This document shows, piece by piece, positions 1 through 11,359 of a stretch of DNA of 64,000 nt; within the stretch, counting starts at the first letter, position 1; each line of letters starts with the position of its first letter. The DNA lies in contig CM022672.1 of assembly GCA_012295275.1 (NCBI GenBank), forward strand, positions 29,760,001 through 29,824,000, given 5' to 3'. A program made the translations under genes and the position numbers. The DNA comes from Chrysomallon squamiferum (taxonomy: Eukaryota; Animalia; Mollusca). The notes under the pieces were generated by a model that ran no database searches, was not told the origin of the DNA, and saw only the letters and a list, made by a program, of their open reading frames with translations.

Positions 1-965
1 CTCTACAGATCTCCGACTGCGCTATCGAAATCAGAATCTAGTCACGATTTCTGACATATCAGTTACTATTTTTTGTTGTTTGTACGTAGTAATGAGAGAG
101 GGGTTCAAAGATCATCCTTCATATCTGTGAAAAGAACATTTTATACATTGCAGCAAACAGTAATACTAATACTACTACTACTAATAAAAATAATGATAAT
201 AATAATGATAGCAATAATAATAATAATAATAATAATAATAATCATAATAATAATAATAATAATTACATAGACATCAACAACAATAAAGAAATAATAAAAA
301 CAATAATAATAATAATAACAACCGTAACAGCAACAACAGAAAAACAACAGTAATAATAACGGATTGAGGCAGCCTAGAGAAAAAATCTGTAAGTTAAAAA
401 AAAAATAAAGTAGAGGACAGTTTGGAAATAGAAAATAATATAACATAACCCCAATCTGCGTAACTAATCTAATTCAGTAAATGTTATTATTCTCAGTCGA
501 TAAAGTAAATTTATTTCCCAATCTAACACTTAATTATGATATATACAGCTACTTTATAATTTGTTTATCTACCACGTATTGAGATGATATGATTAAATAT
601 TATCTGAGTACCGCTAGAACCTTGAAAATCATATATAATATTTTGTCAGTAATCTCACTTTTTCTTTCATTAAACAGAGGAGTTACATTTATAATTTGAT
701 ACATATAACTAATTTTATAAAATGACTGTCACAATTTGCAACAATATAATTAATAGGAGACACAACAACCGGTTTGTAGGTGGTCAGTGTAAAATAATAC
801 ACTTCTCCCCGCCAAAAATACATCCTGTTTAAACTTGAATACTGAACTGGCGAGTATCGTGTTTTTTAAACAGTACGAATGAAAAACGATACACATTATA
901 ATAATAACACTAATACTAATAATAATTACAACAAAGTACTTTTTTGTAAATATTATGTAGTTATA

Positions 966-968
<3 letters not shown>

Positions 969-1058
<90 letters not shown>

Positions 1059-1064
1059 TGTGTG
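969..1064. repeat. (CT)n-(GT)n compound microsatellite
   Basis: Directly visible; it abuts the 3' LTR remnant. Confidence 0.97.
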
Positions 1065-1065
1065 T

Positions 1066-1161
1066 ATATGCGACCTTCTCGTGTCAGGCCGGTAGTCTAC
1101 ACTGCGCATGTCTGGCGCATACATGCCAGTACCGTAGTTCTTACAATTAATGCCCTTCACA
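1066..1161 (-). repeat. 3' LTR remnant
   Basis: ggccggtagtctacactgcgcatgtctggcgcataca...ttcttacaattaatgcccttcaca matches 4234-4296. It begins TG on the - strand; its distal end is lost at the microsatellite. Confidence 0.8.
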
Positions 1162-1175
1162 TCTCCACCTTTTAG
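1162..1175 (-). promoter_or_regulatory. Polypurine tract (PPT)
   Basis: The - strand reads CTAAAAGGTGGAGA immediately before the TGTGAA start of the 3' LTR. Confidence 0.8.
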
Positions 1176-4134
1176 AAAATAACATTAAAACAAAAAAACA
1201 TAAAAATAAAAATCATTGTACTACTCTTAATTAATATTCTTGCTTTTAAATGCATTACCGATTGTAGAATAATTAGCTTATATCAAAAACATGAAGCTCT
1301 TTAAGAAATTTATGTTCAAAATGATAAAATTAACTGTTAGTATCTGAAGTTTTTTGGATATTTTCTTATACTGTGAATTCTGCTATCAATAACACTAATT
1401 TTGTTACAGTCTTGTCCTTGTTTTGGAACATTGTCATAAGGTACTTATTAATATTTGACTAGACTATTCAGAGTTGTAATAATACTGTTTGGCCACTACA
1501 AGTCTAATCATAGAGACGACTTCACAACTCGACCACTTCTAGTTGCACATATTCGTGGTTCAGAAGGTCAAGCATGTGGCCTCCTTGAATCTTGTGCTCT
1601 TCCCTGGGTTGTCAGGCAGTTGTGTTTCGTTGTCACCTTGTAGAGTTTTGCCACCAGGTGGTTTGGTCTTCATCGGCTTAAGACGAGAACGATTCCGACG
1701 GTATTCAACTGCATTAGCACTTTGCACAATGAATGGTTTGAGTGTATTCGATAATCTTTTATTTCAGCTGTAATCCAGGTAAATGATGTCGGTTGGTACA
1801 TAACAACATTTTTTCTTGGAGCAAGTTTACTCAAGTCACTTGACTTTTTTTATCATGTTGGTGATCTGGATGTTTTTGGCGATGTTCAAGCTGTTCAACA
1901 TTTGAATTATCTGACTGGAGGCGTTGAGCGGTTTGGCTGGTGCTGCTAATTTGTTGCCGATCGGAGTAGTTCGGAACGCCAACAAGACCAGATATGGATC
2001 ATGGCCGGAAATTTGAAATTTCTTCAGTAATTTTTTTTTACGATCAGTACCATATGGAATTTATCTGTTGTATAGATGTCGATGGAGTGGTTTGCAATTT
2101 TTGGACCACTGGGAATTTGCTGTAGTAATCAGCTGTGATTAGGTACTGTGCTCATTGGTACTCAAACAGATCAGACACCTGACAATACGTCAGCAAGCAT
2201 ATTTGACTTCCCTTTTATGTATTGAACTTCAATATCAGATTTTAACATTCTGAGCAGCAGACGCTATAACTGAGATATGCAATTGCAGTGCTCTTTTTCC
2301 GTAAGCTTTCTAATGGCTTATGCTCAGTTTCCACGATGACATGCTTATTACAGACTTAATGTTTAATGTTCTAGAGCCCGATATGCAGCAGGGATTTCTG
2401 CATTTCTGTAACTTGACTCAGCATCAGTGAGTGATCCACTGATATAGAATACAGGTTTGTCATCCTGCATCATTATGCAATCTACCTCTTTGACACTTGA
2501 ACTGGAATTTGTCTGGGTTCAATTTAACACCATTTTCACGAGCTGTATCGAGAGTGTTGAGAATATTCGTTTCGTGAATCATTTCTCTTTTACACTGTAC
2601 GAATGTGTCATCTTCTGTACCACTTAGTTCATTCCAAATACGGTGTCTATCTTTTCCTGGAACCCGTCACCACTCACAATTAAGCTAAATGGTAGTCTCG
2701 TCCAGCGGTAGTTTCCCCATGGCTATCAAATGTACAGAGATTACTGCTTTGTTCATCAATGCCAATTTGCAATATCCATTCCGAGCATCCAGATACTGAA
2801 ATGTGTGGCACCAATAACTCTGAGTGTGACATCATAAATTGTGTACACGTAATATGGATTTCGATTTTTGTCTTGTTTAGATCTCGACTATCCATATGGC
2901 TTTGATCTTTACCACTGTTGAGTTTGCCATTGAGTTTACTCATTTTGAACGTGTTGTAGGATTCCTAGTTCCTGCAGTCTTTGTCAGCTCATCTTTATAG
3001 ACTGATTGCACATGCATGGGTACTTGCCAAATGGAACAACCGGGTCTTTCTCTGAGTGATATACAGTCCCTGGGAAACGACCAATACCCGCGAATTCACC
3101 ACAGTACTACTGAAGCAAGTATTCTTTGGTTAATGGAAAAGAGTATTGTTTTCCTCGAATGTCAAACAGTTTTATTAACCCAATATGTTTGTTACTTTCA
3201 GTTTTCGTAACTGAAGATGTAAGCGGCCAGTTTAATTTCAGCAAGTTTAGATACTGAGCTGTAATACCGCAAATGAATGCAGGACCATTTGCATTCACGA
3301 CTTCCCTTTGGACTTATTTGGGACGGTTGTTGTTTGAAGTTTGCATATATACCTGGCATAACCCCAAGTTGTGAATATCGATGTCCCCATAAGCGGATGG
3401 CTTGAACACGTATATTTCCTTCAGAACTGCGGCACGTTCTATCCAGTGTACGTTGAAAGAGTTAAACTGTTTATGTTTCTGCCTGAGATGGGTTATAATT
3501 TTTATCCCTGTTTCTCTTGAACTTTGTGTTCTTTCTAACTATGTGTATGTCTTCTGTTTGGACTTCTTTATTTTTTGTAACTGTCTGTTTGCAGATTCTT
3601 CTGCTTTTAAAAGTGTCAAGACCATTTCATATATTAGTTACCTTCTTCAAAGCAGTTTTTTTCTCATACGATCAGAATTTATGCCAAATACAAAGAAGTC
3701 TCTGAGGAAGCGGTTGTACTGTTCTAGAGGATAATCTGCTTCTTTGTCACGGTGTGTAACATGGCCACAAATTCTTCTCTGCATACATTTTCTTGTGAAA
3801 TATGATGCAGTGACCAGGAGGCCATTAACTCATTTGACTGAGGTTTTGCGAAAATTTCGAGCCGTTGCTTTCTAGTTTATTAGTAAATTTTCATCTTCGT
3901 TGGACATTCCCCAACTACTGCAAAGTGTTAGGTCTTATTCACCTGTTCAGTAAAGGAGGTCTGCACATTTAATTCCTTCGTTCATGCAGCAGCTCGCATC
4001 TTTGTTTTCAAATTTAAAAAAGTCTGAAAAGCTCGTCATCCGTGCCCCAATTCAAGTTCGGGCCCACGTCTAACAATGCGGCGTTTCTAGCGTTTTACGT
4101 CAAACTTATTATGTTGACTTGGCGATCACTTACA

Positions 4135-4152
4135 ATCCGACTTCTGACACCA
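4135..4152 (-). promoter_or_regulatory. Primer-binding site (tRNA-Leu-like)
   Basis: The - strand reads TGGTGTCAGAAGTCGGAT directly after the LTR end ...ACA. TGGTGTCAGAAGT is complementary to a tRNA-Leu 3' end. Confidence 0.85.
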
Positions 4153-4296
4153 TGTATGAAGCTAACTAATGGTGTCGCGTGTTTCATTTGTTTATTCTTT
4201 CTTGTCACACTGAGCCTGCGACCAGGCCGGGCTGGGCCGGTAATCTACACTGCGCCCGTCTGGCGCATACACTTCTTACAATTAATGCATTTCACA
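4153..4296 (-). repeat. 5' LTR (~144 bp, TG...CA)
   Basis: Termini are tgt...aca, it is adjacent to the PBS, and it is homologous to 1066-1161. Confidence 0.8.
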
Positions 4297-4969
4297 AATA
4301 ACGTAATATTTCGAGTTTACTAGACAGGAAACAAAGTTCTGTTCGTTCGTTAATACTTTTTTTCTTTTTGTTACTTTTTTATTTCGTTTTCAAATGCATA
4401 TAAAAATTGCATGTAGATAAATTATATATGTATTTACTGATTCTTGAACATGAAAATAATTACTCTTATTTGATTTCTTTATCCAGTTTCTTTCATTAAG
4501 ATTAATATAAAATATGTAAGCAAATTATGTTATGTTTGTTTATTTATGTATAAGATGAAAGTACGATAGGCAGACAAATAAATAAAAAGTTGTATTTTAA
4601 GTCATACATTTTTACTTGTATTTAATTTGTATTTAAAATGTAAACAAACCAGTTATATATTTATCGAGTATTATTATTTACTTTTTGTTATATTGGTCTT
4701 TGTTTTCTGCACCCATTGTGTAATACATAAAGCTGTAAAATAATAACTGATGTTCTGAGACAGGATTCCAAGTGAACATTTCTCTGTGTTTTCTTTTTCT
4801 ACCGTTATTTCAAAATTTCACTGTCCTTACAAAATATTTTCTGTAAAATTATTAATTCAATCAAGTTGACGGGTGTACAGGTTGGATTAGGAAATAAGAA
4901 AACTGATCCCCTAACTCTGTACTTGACGTCTGCATTTTCTCACAGTTCGCATTTGCCAACAACAAATCT

Positions 4970-5072
<103 letters not shown>

Positions 5073-5149
5073 GTATAATAAAGAAGAAATATTTTTGATA
5101 TATGAATTATGGAAATGGGGAGAAATTACGCATGTTCCCGTTAATCTTT

Positions 5150-5353
5150 TATGAACAATATAAATATATATTGTTATATCGTACAAAGATATATCGTGTT
5201 AATTAACGATACTAGGACCTGAATACACATTGTTATTTTGTATAAAGATTTACTGTGTTAAAAAACGATAGAAAGGTTTATCGTGTTAATTGACGATACA
5301 CGAACATAAATATATATTGTTGTGTTAGCAAAGTCTTATCGTCTTAAATAACG
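5150..5353 (+). repeat. ~59-bp imperfect minisatellite (about 3 units), same family as 53640-54432
   Basis: Repeats of aaatatatattgttatattgtacaaag...tatcgtgttaa(a/t)taacgatact. Confidence 0.75.
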
Positions 5354-5434
5354 CCGGGACGTCCGGGTCTACTTTTTCTACGTTTTGTGTATTTTGCCAC
5401 TAATTTTCATAATTGATATGTGATGTCGAAAGCG

Positions 5435-8400
5435 TCATTGCACGAGGCAATGACACCTTCGAAACACCAGTGTTTTAAAAATTTCTCTCTTGGGCCGTTC
5501 CAATGCGGTAAAGTATTCAATTTCAACCCTTGAATATACTAAATGTTTAAAAAGTGTCATTTCATTACATGGCTTTACTCCCACTAATAATTTTCGTGTA
5601 GTCCAAATTACCCTTATAGCTTTACTCCAGAGAAAAATCCCTAAATTCGATGCATAGTTGCCAGGTTTGTGTTTAATTCCAAAAATCATTCTATATGGAT
5701 TTAGTTTGAACTTAGTGCCAAAAAGGTTTTTTTAAAATGTGTTCAATACGTTTAATAAATGATTTAGTTTTGCAGCAGTGAAAAAAAGCATGCAAGACCG
5801 AGTCCACCCCGACGCACACCAGGCACTGTGGAGTGGACTCGATCTTCCAGTCATAAAGATGTTTCTAACTGCAACAACATGTCTAATCATTTTATAAATT
5901 AAATCATAGTCATTATTTTCAATTAGGCCGCAGTTTAATGTCTGCCAGACATTTTTCCAATTTATGGTTTCAGTGAAAATGGTTTCCCATCTGGTTTTAA
6001 ACGATGCATCTTTGTAAGTTCGTAAGAACAAAACCGTGTATACGTCTTTCGTTGACGCAAGTGTCACGTCTTTGTTTGTAGCAGCGACGTGATACAGAAG
6101 ATGGAGTCTAAGTCTCCGTCAACATGTTTATCAATCATTAATGTCCTTAATACCGGTCGTGGAAAGTTGTCTTGTATGTCTTTTAGTTGACGATAAAAAA
6201 CATCGCGAAGTCCAAAAAATCATTCGTGCCCATGTCCCAAATGTCTCTGACTAGATTTAATTGTTCTCTACGTAAGTGTTCGTGTTGTGTACTAGTTATA
6301 GTCAAGTTGTCGTGGAGAGGTTCATATAGAATTTGTTAATAACTCTCCGTGTCGCGCGCAAGGTCAAGTTCATCCCAAATTAATAGCATGTTCCTGTAAA
6401 TATTCGGCATTGATTAAAAATGCCGTTTTTTATTTAGAATTTTACATTTTAAAGTGTGTCTATCGATATTTAAATCTTTGTATTGCCCTAGAAAATAATC
6501 TGCTAGGGATTTCCAGTTCCCTTCCCTCTCCAAACTCAAAAGTCTGCTTAGAAATTTAATTCTCTGTGCCTTAATTTTTAGACGAATATTAACTACCCCT
6601 AATCCACCTAGCTCCTTAGGTAATTGAATTTGTTCTTTTGATATAAAATGTTTTCTATAACTCCATATGAAATCAAATATGATTGTATCAATTTGTTTCG
6701 CATATTTTTCCGGAAGTTCGAAAATGTTTGATAAATACCAAATGCCAGTAGTGGCTAGTGAATTTACGGCCACTACTTTACCCCGTAAAGTTAATTTTCT
6801 ATTACTCCATATATTTAGGATTGTTTTAATTTTTTGAATTTTAGGTTCCCAGTTATCTGCCGAAACATCAACATTACCAAACCAGAAGCCTAATATTTTA
6901 ATTTTATCATTCGTCCATCTTATATCAAGAGGAGTGTCTTTCTCATACCTAAGTTTCCCCATTAGGAAACCGTTAGTTTTCTGAAAATTGACTTTAGCTC
7001 CAGATGCACGTTCATAGATGTATAAAATTTTAAAAAGTTGTTTAACCGAGTCAAAGTCTGATAAAGTAGCGTTTCCGTCATCCGAATAACCCACCCATTT
7101 ACTGACGAAGCCATCTGGTAAAGGTATCCCATTTATTTTCGAATCTTCCCGAACAGCTTCGGCCAGAGATTCCGCTACCAAAATATACAGAACAGTGCTG
7201 ATCGGACACCCTTGTCTAATTCCCCGATTTAAATTAAAAAAAATTGACACAAACCCATTTACTTTAACAGCAGACTGGATGTCAGTATAACATGTTTTAA
7301 TCATTTTTATAAATTTAGGCCCGAAGTTGAATTTTTGTAAGACTTTAAACAAGAAATCCCATTCCACCCGATCATAAGCTTTCGTTTGATCTAAAGAAAG
7401 TATTAACCCCGGTAGATTATTGCGATTGACATATTCTATTAAATCTCTTATTAACGAAGCTCCGTCATGAATTGATCTACCTTTAACTGAACATTTCTGA
7501 TTTGGATGAATAATTTTTGGTAAAAATGTTCTAATTCTGCTGGCCAAAACTTTTGTAATAATTTTGTAGTCGCAATTTAATAAAGAAATGGGTCTCCAAT
7601 TTTTTAGAGATTGTTTTTCGTTGCCTTTCCAAATTAAGACAATTACTCCACGACGCATGGTAAAAGTTAACTTTTCTTTATTAAACGCATCATTAATTAC
7701 TTCTAACAGGTCACTACCAATTAAGCCGTAGAAATTCTGGTAGAATTCGGCAGTCAAACCATTCCAGCCCGGTGATTTGTCCTTGGCAAAAGAGTTAATC
7801 GCAGATAGTACTTCATCAAGAGTTATCTCCCCTTCGCACTCGTTTCTGTCATCGTCATTTAATGTCTTTGTCATTTTCTTTAATAAATAGTTCTGTGACC
7901 AGACGTCCATCTTTTCAAAAGTGTATAACGTTTCATATAATTTAATAGTTTCAAATAGAATTTCGTCTTGTGTCTCAATTAGTATCCCATCTTCGGTTTT
8001 TAGTGAGTGCATATATTTATTATCAGCTTTTTGTTTTTCCAGAATTACAAAATAAGAACTGCATCTTTCACCTTGTTCAATTTCATTTACTTTGGCCCTG
8101 ATTCTCGCTCCTTGTAGTTGTAATTGTTCATAATTTTTTATCTTATTTTGTACGTTAATTAATTTTGAGTAATCGACCAGCTGTCCGACTTCATCTAATT
8201 GTATGAAGAGATTTTCGTCTTGTTTTAAGTTGTAAATATAAGTCCGTTCTGTCATGCGTTTTTTGTCTACAGTAGTCAATAGTGAGCATTTTAATTTCCT
8301 TTCTACCCATGTCCCACCAAAACAATAAATCTTTATAATTACCTTTTTTAGACTGTCACGATTGCCAAATTTCTTTAATTTTGTTTACGTAATTCTTATC

Positions 8401-9171
8401 TTTCAAAACACTATTGTGGAGGGTCCAAAGTCCGGGTCCTCTGTTGGTCTTGTTAAAGTTAAATTCAGCCCAAACAAGCTTGTGGTCAGAGTAATAACAC
8501 TGAGACACATCGGTTTCTTTGAGGCCTGAGATAAACTGACCTCAAATTAAAATGCGATCTATGCGTGAATGTGTTTTGTGTGCTTTATTATGATATGTGT
8601 AGGAAGCCTTGTCAGGATATAAATCGTCCTGTAGTGCATGTTTGTCTATTATTATGTTTAGTTCTTGTATCCCTACAATTCCTCCTAGTTCTTGTTTTTT
8701 TCGTCCAGTCCTGTCCAGTGTAACGTTGTCCACGCAGTTAAAGTCCCCGCAAACAACGCGGTCAGTCACGGTTCGTTTGTCATGTGTCGTAAAAAATAAC
8801 CTATACAACTTGCAATTAACTTTGCCCTGTGGCATGGGTTCACTGGACAATACATATTAACTATGTTAATCACATGGCTCTTAAGTTGACAAAGTAAACT
8901 TATAACTCTTCCTTCTGTGTCTTTACGGGTATTAATAACTTTAATTTTTAGACCTTCTTTAAATAAAATATTTTCGACCTTTATTACATGAATTTAAAAA
9001 ATATTTCCCCTTGAAATTTTTTAATAATTCTTTGAAGTTATCATTATCGTTAAAATGTGTTTCTTGTAAACAGATAATATCAATTTTTTGTTTATTAAAC
9101 TGTTTAAAAATAAGGGAGCGCTTTGTGTCACTAGACACAAAGCCATTAACGTTTAGTGTGCCAACTTTCAT
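5435..9171 (-). pseudogene. Tx1 ORF2 (APE endonuclease + reverse transcriptase), several frameshifts
   Basis: APE motifs MKVGTLNVNG, CLQETH, GDFN, SRID and YSDH. RT motifs LDQTKAYDRV, GIRQGCPIS and GYSDDG lie in the uninterrupted 621-aa ORF 6414-8279. C-terminal fragments are at 5732-6067 and 5435-5689. Confidence 0.9.
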
Positions 9172-9388
9172 AGTGAATATAAGTGCTAACATTATATATA
9201 AATAATTTAGAAACACATGTTATAATAACAAAATTCATAAAAAAAGAAAAAGTAAAAATCATTTTCCTTTGATCGCAGAGGCGATGGAAATTGTCCGGGG
9301 ACATGCTTAAGTCGTTACCAATCACAATCATTTTCCAGTCTCACGTCCGTTTCCATATCGTTCCGTTACCGTCTAAAGTAAAAACCAC

Positions 9389-10629
9389 CTAACTTTTTGC
9401 AACTTTGAATGGATTTAGTCTAGTGGTTACGACTGGTAGATTGCTATGTCTACCCCTCTGTTTTCCCGCTGTTGCTGTTTTTGCCACTGTTGACTTCGAT
9501 ACCGCCTCTGGGGTGGTATCCGAAGACAATTTACGTTTTTTTCTTTTCTTGTGTCTTCTTCTTCTTTCGTTCCTTCCTTCCTTCTTTACTTTCTCCACTT
9601 TCTCTTCCCGCCTCTTCCCGTGAAAGGGTCATCTGACTCTTTTCTCCGTCTCCTTCCATTTCCTTCACCTCTGTTTTGTCCTTAGCATCTTTCTGTATTG
9701 TCTTCTTTTCTGTATCAATTATTGTCCCTGCTTTCAGGTAGGGTTGAGGTGGCTTTGCAACGGCCGCCGAAAAGGTGAAAGCTGGCATCTGGTTACACTC
9801 ATTTTTTGTATGCCCTTCCTCGCCACACTGAAAGCAGACCTCCGGTTGTTCATGTAGTGAACAGTAAATTTAAAGTCCTGCCTGTTCAGTTGGACCGATA
9901 TCGGGTTTTCCAGTTTTGTTTCCAGTGTCCTCTCCCCTGTCTTTATGGCGGTATTCCGCCATACTGAAAATGTCGGAGAGGACACAATCTCTCCGTATTC
10001 TGAAAGAACGTCTAACATGAACGAATTTTCGACTGTAAGGGGGAGACCCCTCACCCTCACCCAGGTGCCCCCTGGGAAGCGCTCGGTCACCTCACAGTGC
10101 CTGCCACGGATGGAGATCCCTTTCACGGCGAGCTGGTCCTTGGGGCTCTAGTCAGCGGCGACAATGCTCCACACATCCCTCACCTTGGGAATCACTGCCA
10201 CGATGTGGTCAGCGACGACGACACTCCACGCATCCATCCCCTTGGGAATCACTGCCACGATGTGGTCAGCGACCAAGCTCCACATCCCTCCTTGGGGATC
10301 ACTGCCACGATGTGGTCAGCGACGACGACACTCCACGCATCCCTCCCCTTGGAGATCACTGCCACGATGTGGTCAGCGACGACGACACTCCACGCATCCC
10401 TCCCCTTGGGGATCACTGCCACGATGTGGTCAGCGACGACGACACTCCACGCATCCCTCCCCTTGGGGATCACTGCCACGATGTGGTCAGCGACGACGAC
10501 ACTCCACGCATCCCTCCCCTTGGGAATCACTGCAACGATGTGGTCAGCGACGGATGCGAGAGCAGCGCACACTTCCTCTCCAGTCAGGGCCGGGATGAAT
10601 ACCGGGGTGTGAGCGAAAAGCTCATCCAC
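9389..10629 (-). pseudogene. Tx1 ORF1 (gag-like nucleic-acid-binding protein), frameshifted
   Basis: WVRVRGLP...LSEYGEI...KTGERT segment, zinc knuckle CFQCGEEGHTKNEC at ~9795-9836 (in a shifted frame) and a Lys/Arg-rich C-terminus. Confidence 0.8.
10150..10551. repeat. 57-bp tandem repeat (~7 units) inside ORF1
   Basis: Unit gacgacgacactccacgcatccctccccttggggatcactgccacgatgtggtcagc; on the - strand it encodes VVVADHIVAVIPKGRDAWS. Confidence 0.95.
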
Positions 10630-10768
10630 TGAACGTTCACGTCAGCGATGAAAGTTGAAAACAAATTTGCAAAACAAATACTGTAAAATATACTCACTGT
10701 ATTCAAGGTTGTCAAGATTTGGTGTAACCCCTAGCGCGCTTACTCAGTACTTTCTCGAAAATTTGAAA

Positions 10769-10787
10769 CAAAAGGCCGAGAAGCGAT
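10769..10787 (-). ncRNA. U2: U2 snRNA 5' fragment (nt 1-19) fused to the 5' end of the Tx1 element
   Basis: The reverse complement reads ATCGCTTCTCGGCCTTTTG, the conserved metazoan U2 5' end. Confidence 0.9.
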
Positions 10788-10906
10788 CTTTTGGCTAAGA
10801 TCAAAGTGTAGTATATGTTCTTATCAGTTTAAATTAAACTGATTTTTGGAACTAGGCGAAGTGTCAGGGGCTTGCTCCGCCTTTGTCACGGGTTGACCCG
10901 GTATTG
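10788..10906 (+). pseudogene. U2: U2 snRNA pseudogene (from nt 14, internal deletion, 3'-truncated)
   Basis: CTTTTGGCTAAGATCAAAGTGTAGTAtATGTTCTTATCAGTTTAA (includes the branch-point recognition sequence), Sm site ATTTTTG, stem III loop GCTTGC, and the stem IV start GACCCGGTATTG. The stem IIa 3' arm and IIb are missing. Confidence 0.92.
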
Positions 10907-11011
10907 TCTCTAAAGTAGAAATAAACTAGTGTATGCAAACAATTTAAACGCCATGGCTCATACGAAGAGGATAACGACAGGAGGCTTGTTTTTGTTTTTC
11001 TTCTTCTTTCC

Positions 11012-11290
11012 AGGATGTATGGCCATATGATGAAGTGTCATTATACGGCGACGGTTTCTGCGGGCAAGAGGGGACACCACTGGTCATCGTTAACGAAAAG
11101 TTTACGGAAAACGGTTACATCAACTTTTTACTTTCTTTGATTCCTCTGGAGCAGCCACGTGATATGATTTATCAGCATGACAGTGCCAGAGCCCACATAA
11201 CTAGAATCGTAGAAATGTTCTTTAGAGCAACAAAGTGAACGTGTTATCATGGCCTGTTTAACAGACAATGGGATGTCATTGATGTGTGCG
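11012..11290 (+). mobile_element. Tc1/mariner transposase fragment
   Basis: GTPLVIVN...YI...IYQHDSARAHITR followed by a ...LSWP remnant, matching the DD34E domain region. Confidence 0.65.
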
Positions 11291-11321
11291 ACAACATCCT
11301 CTACGTATATTTTACCCAGGC

Positions 11322-11359
<38 letters not shown>

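Larger units (their letters stand above)
1..1597 (+). repeat. Segmental duplication, copy A (matches 62402-64000)
   Basis: The sequence starting tctacagatctccgact..., the AAT-rich tract, the (CT)n(GT)n microsatellite, the LTR, the PPT and the flank are all collinear with the window end, with scattered substitutions and indels. Confidence 0.95.
1066..4296 (-). mobile_element. Degenerate Ty3/Gypsy-type LTR retrotransposon
   Basis: Paired short LTRs, a PBS and a PPT are present in the correct order on the - strand. The interior has decayed pol-like peptides (LCTFDSHGE, DPYLVLLAFRTTP) broken by many stops and frameshifts. Confidence 0.85.
5354..10768 (-). mobile_element. Tx1-clade (L1 group) non-LTR retrotransposon, near full length, frameshifted
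   Basis: ORF1 has a CCHC knuckle. ORF2 has an AP endonuclease, RT and a C-terminal Cys/His motif. Motifs LQGARIRAK, GERCSSYF, KNWRPISLLNCDYKI and GGLGVVNI are typical of Tx1/L1. No poly(A) tail is visible, so the 3' boundary is approximate. Confidence 0.9.

Noticed and set aside
73-1175. Short ORFs rich in I, Y, ER or SL (also at 4866-5186, 40821-41210, 45558-45817, 48763-48951, 62520-63571)
   Set aside because: These are translations of microsatellites and AT-rich tracts.
10150-10551. CRISPR-like array
   Set aside because: Units are contiguous with no unique spacers, lie inside a retrotransposon ORF1, and the DNA is eukaryotic with no cas genes.
10097-10632. Plus-strand ORFs of 106-171 aa over the 57-bp repeat
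   Set aside because: They are open only because the repeat unit is a multiple of three without stops; the coding sense is the - strand ORF1.
10788-10906. Functional U2 snRNA gene
   Set aside because: It lacks nt 1-13 in sense, the IIa/IIb region and the 3' half of stem IV.
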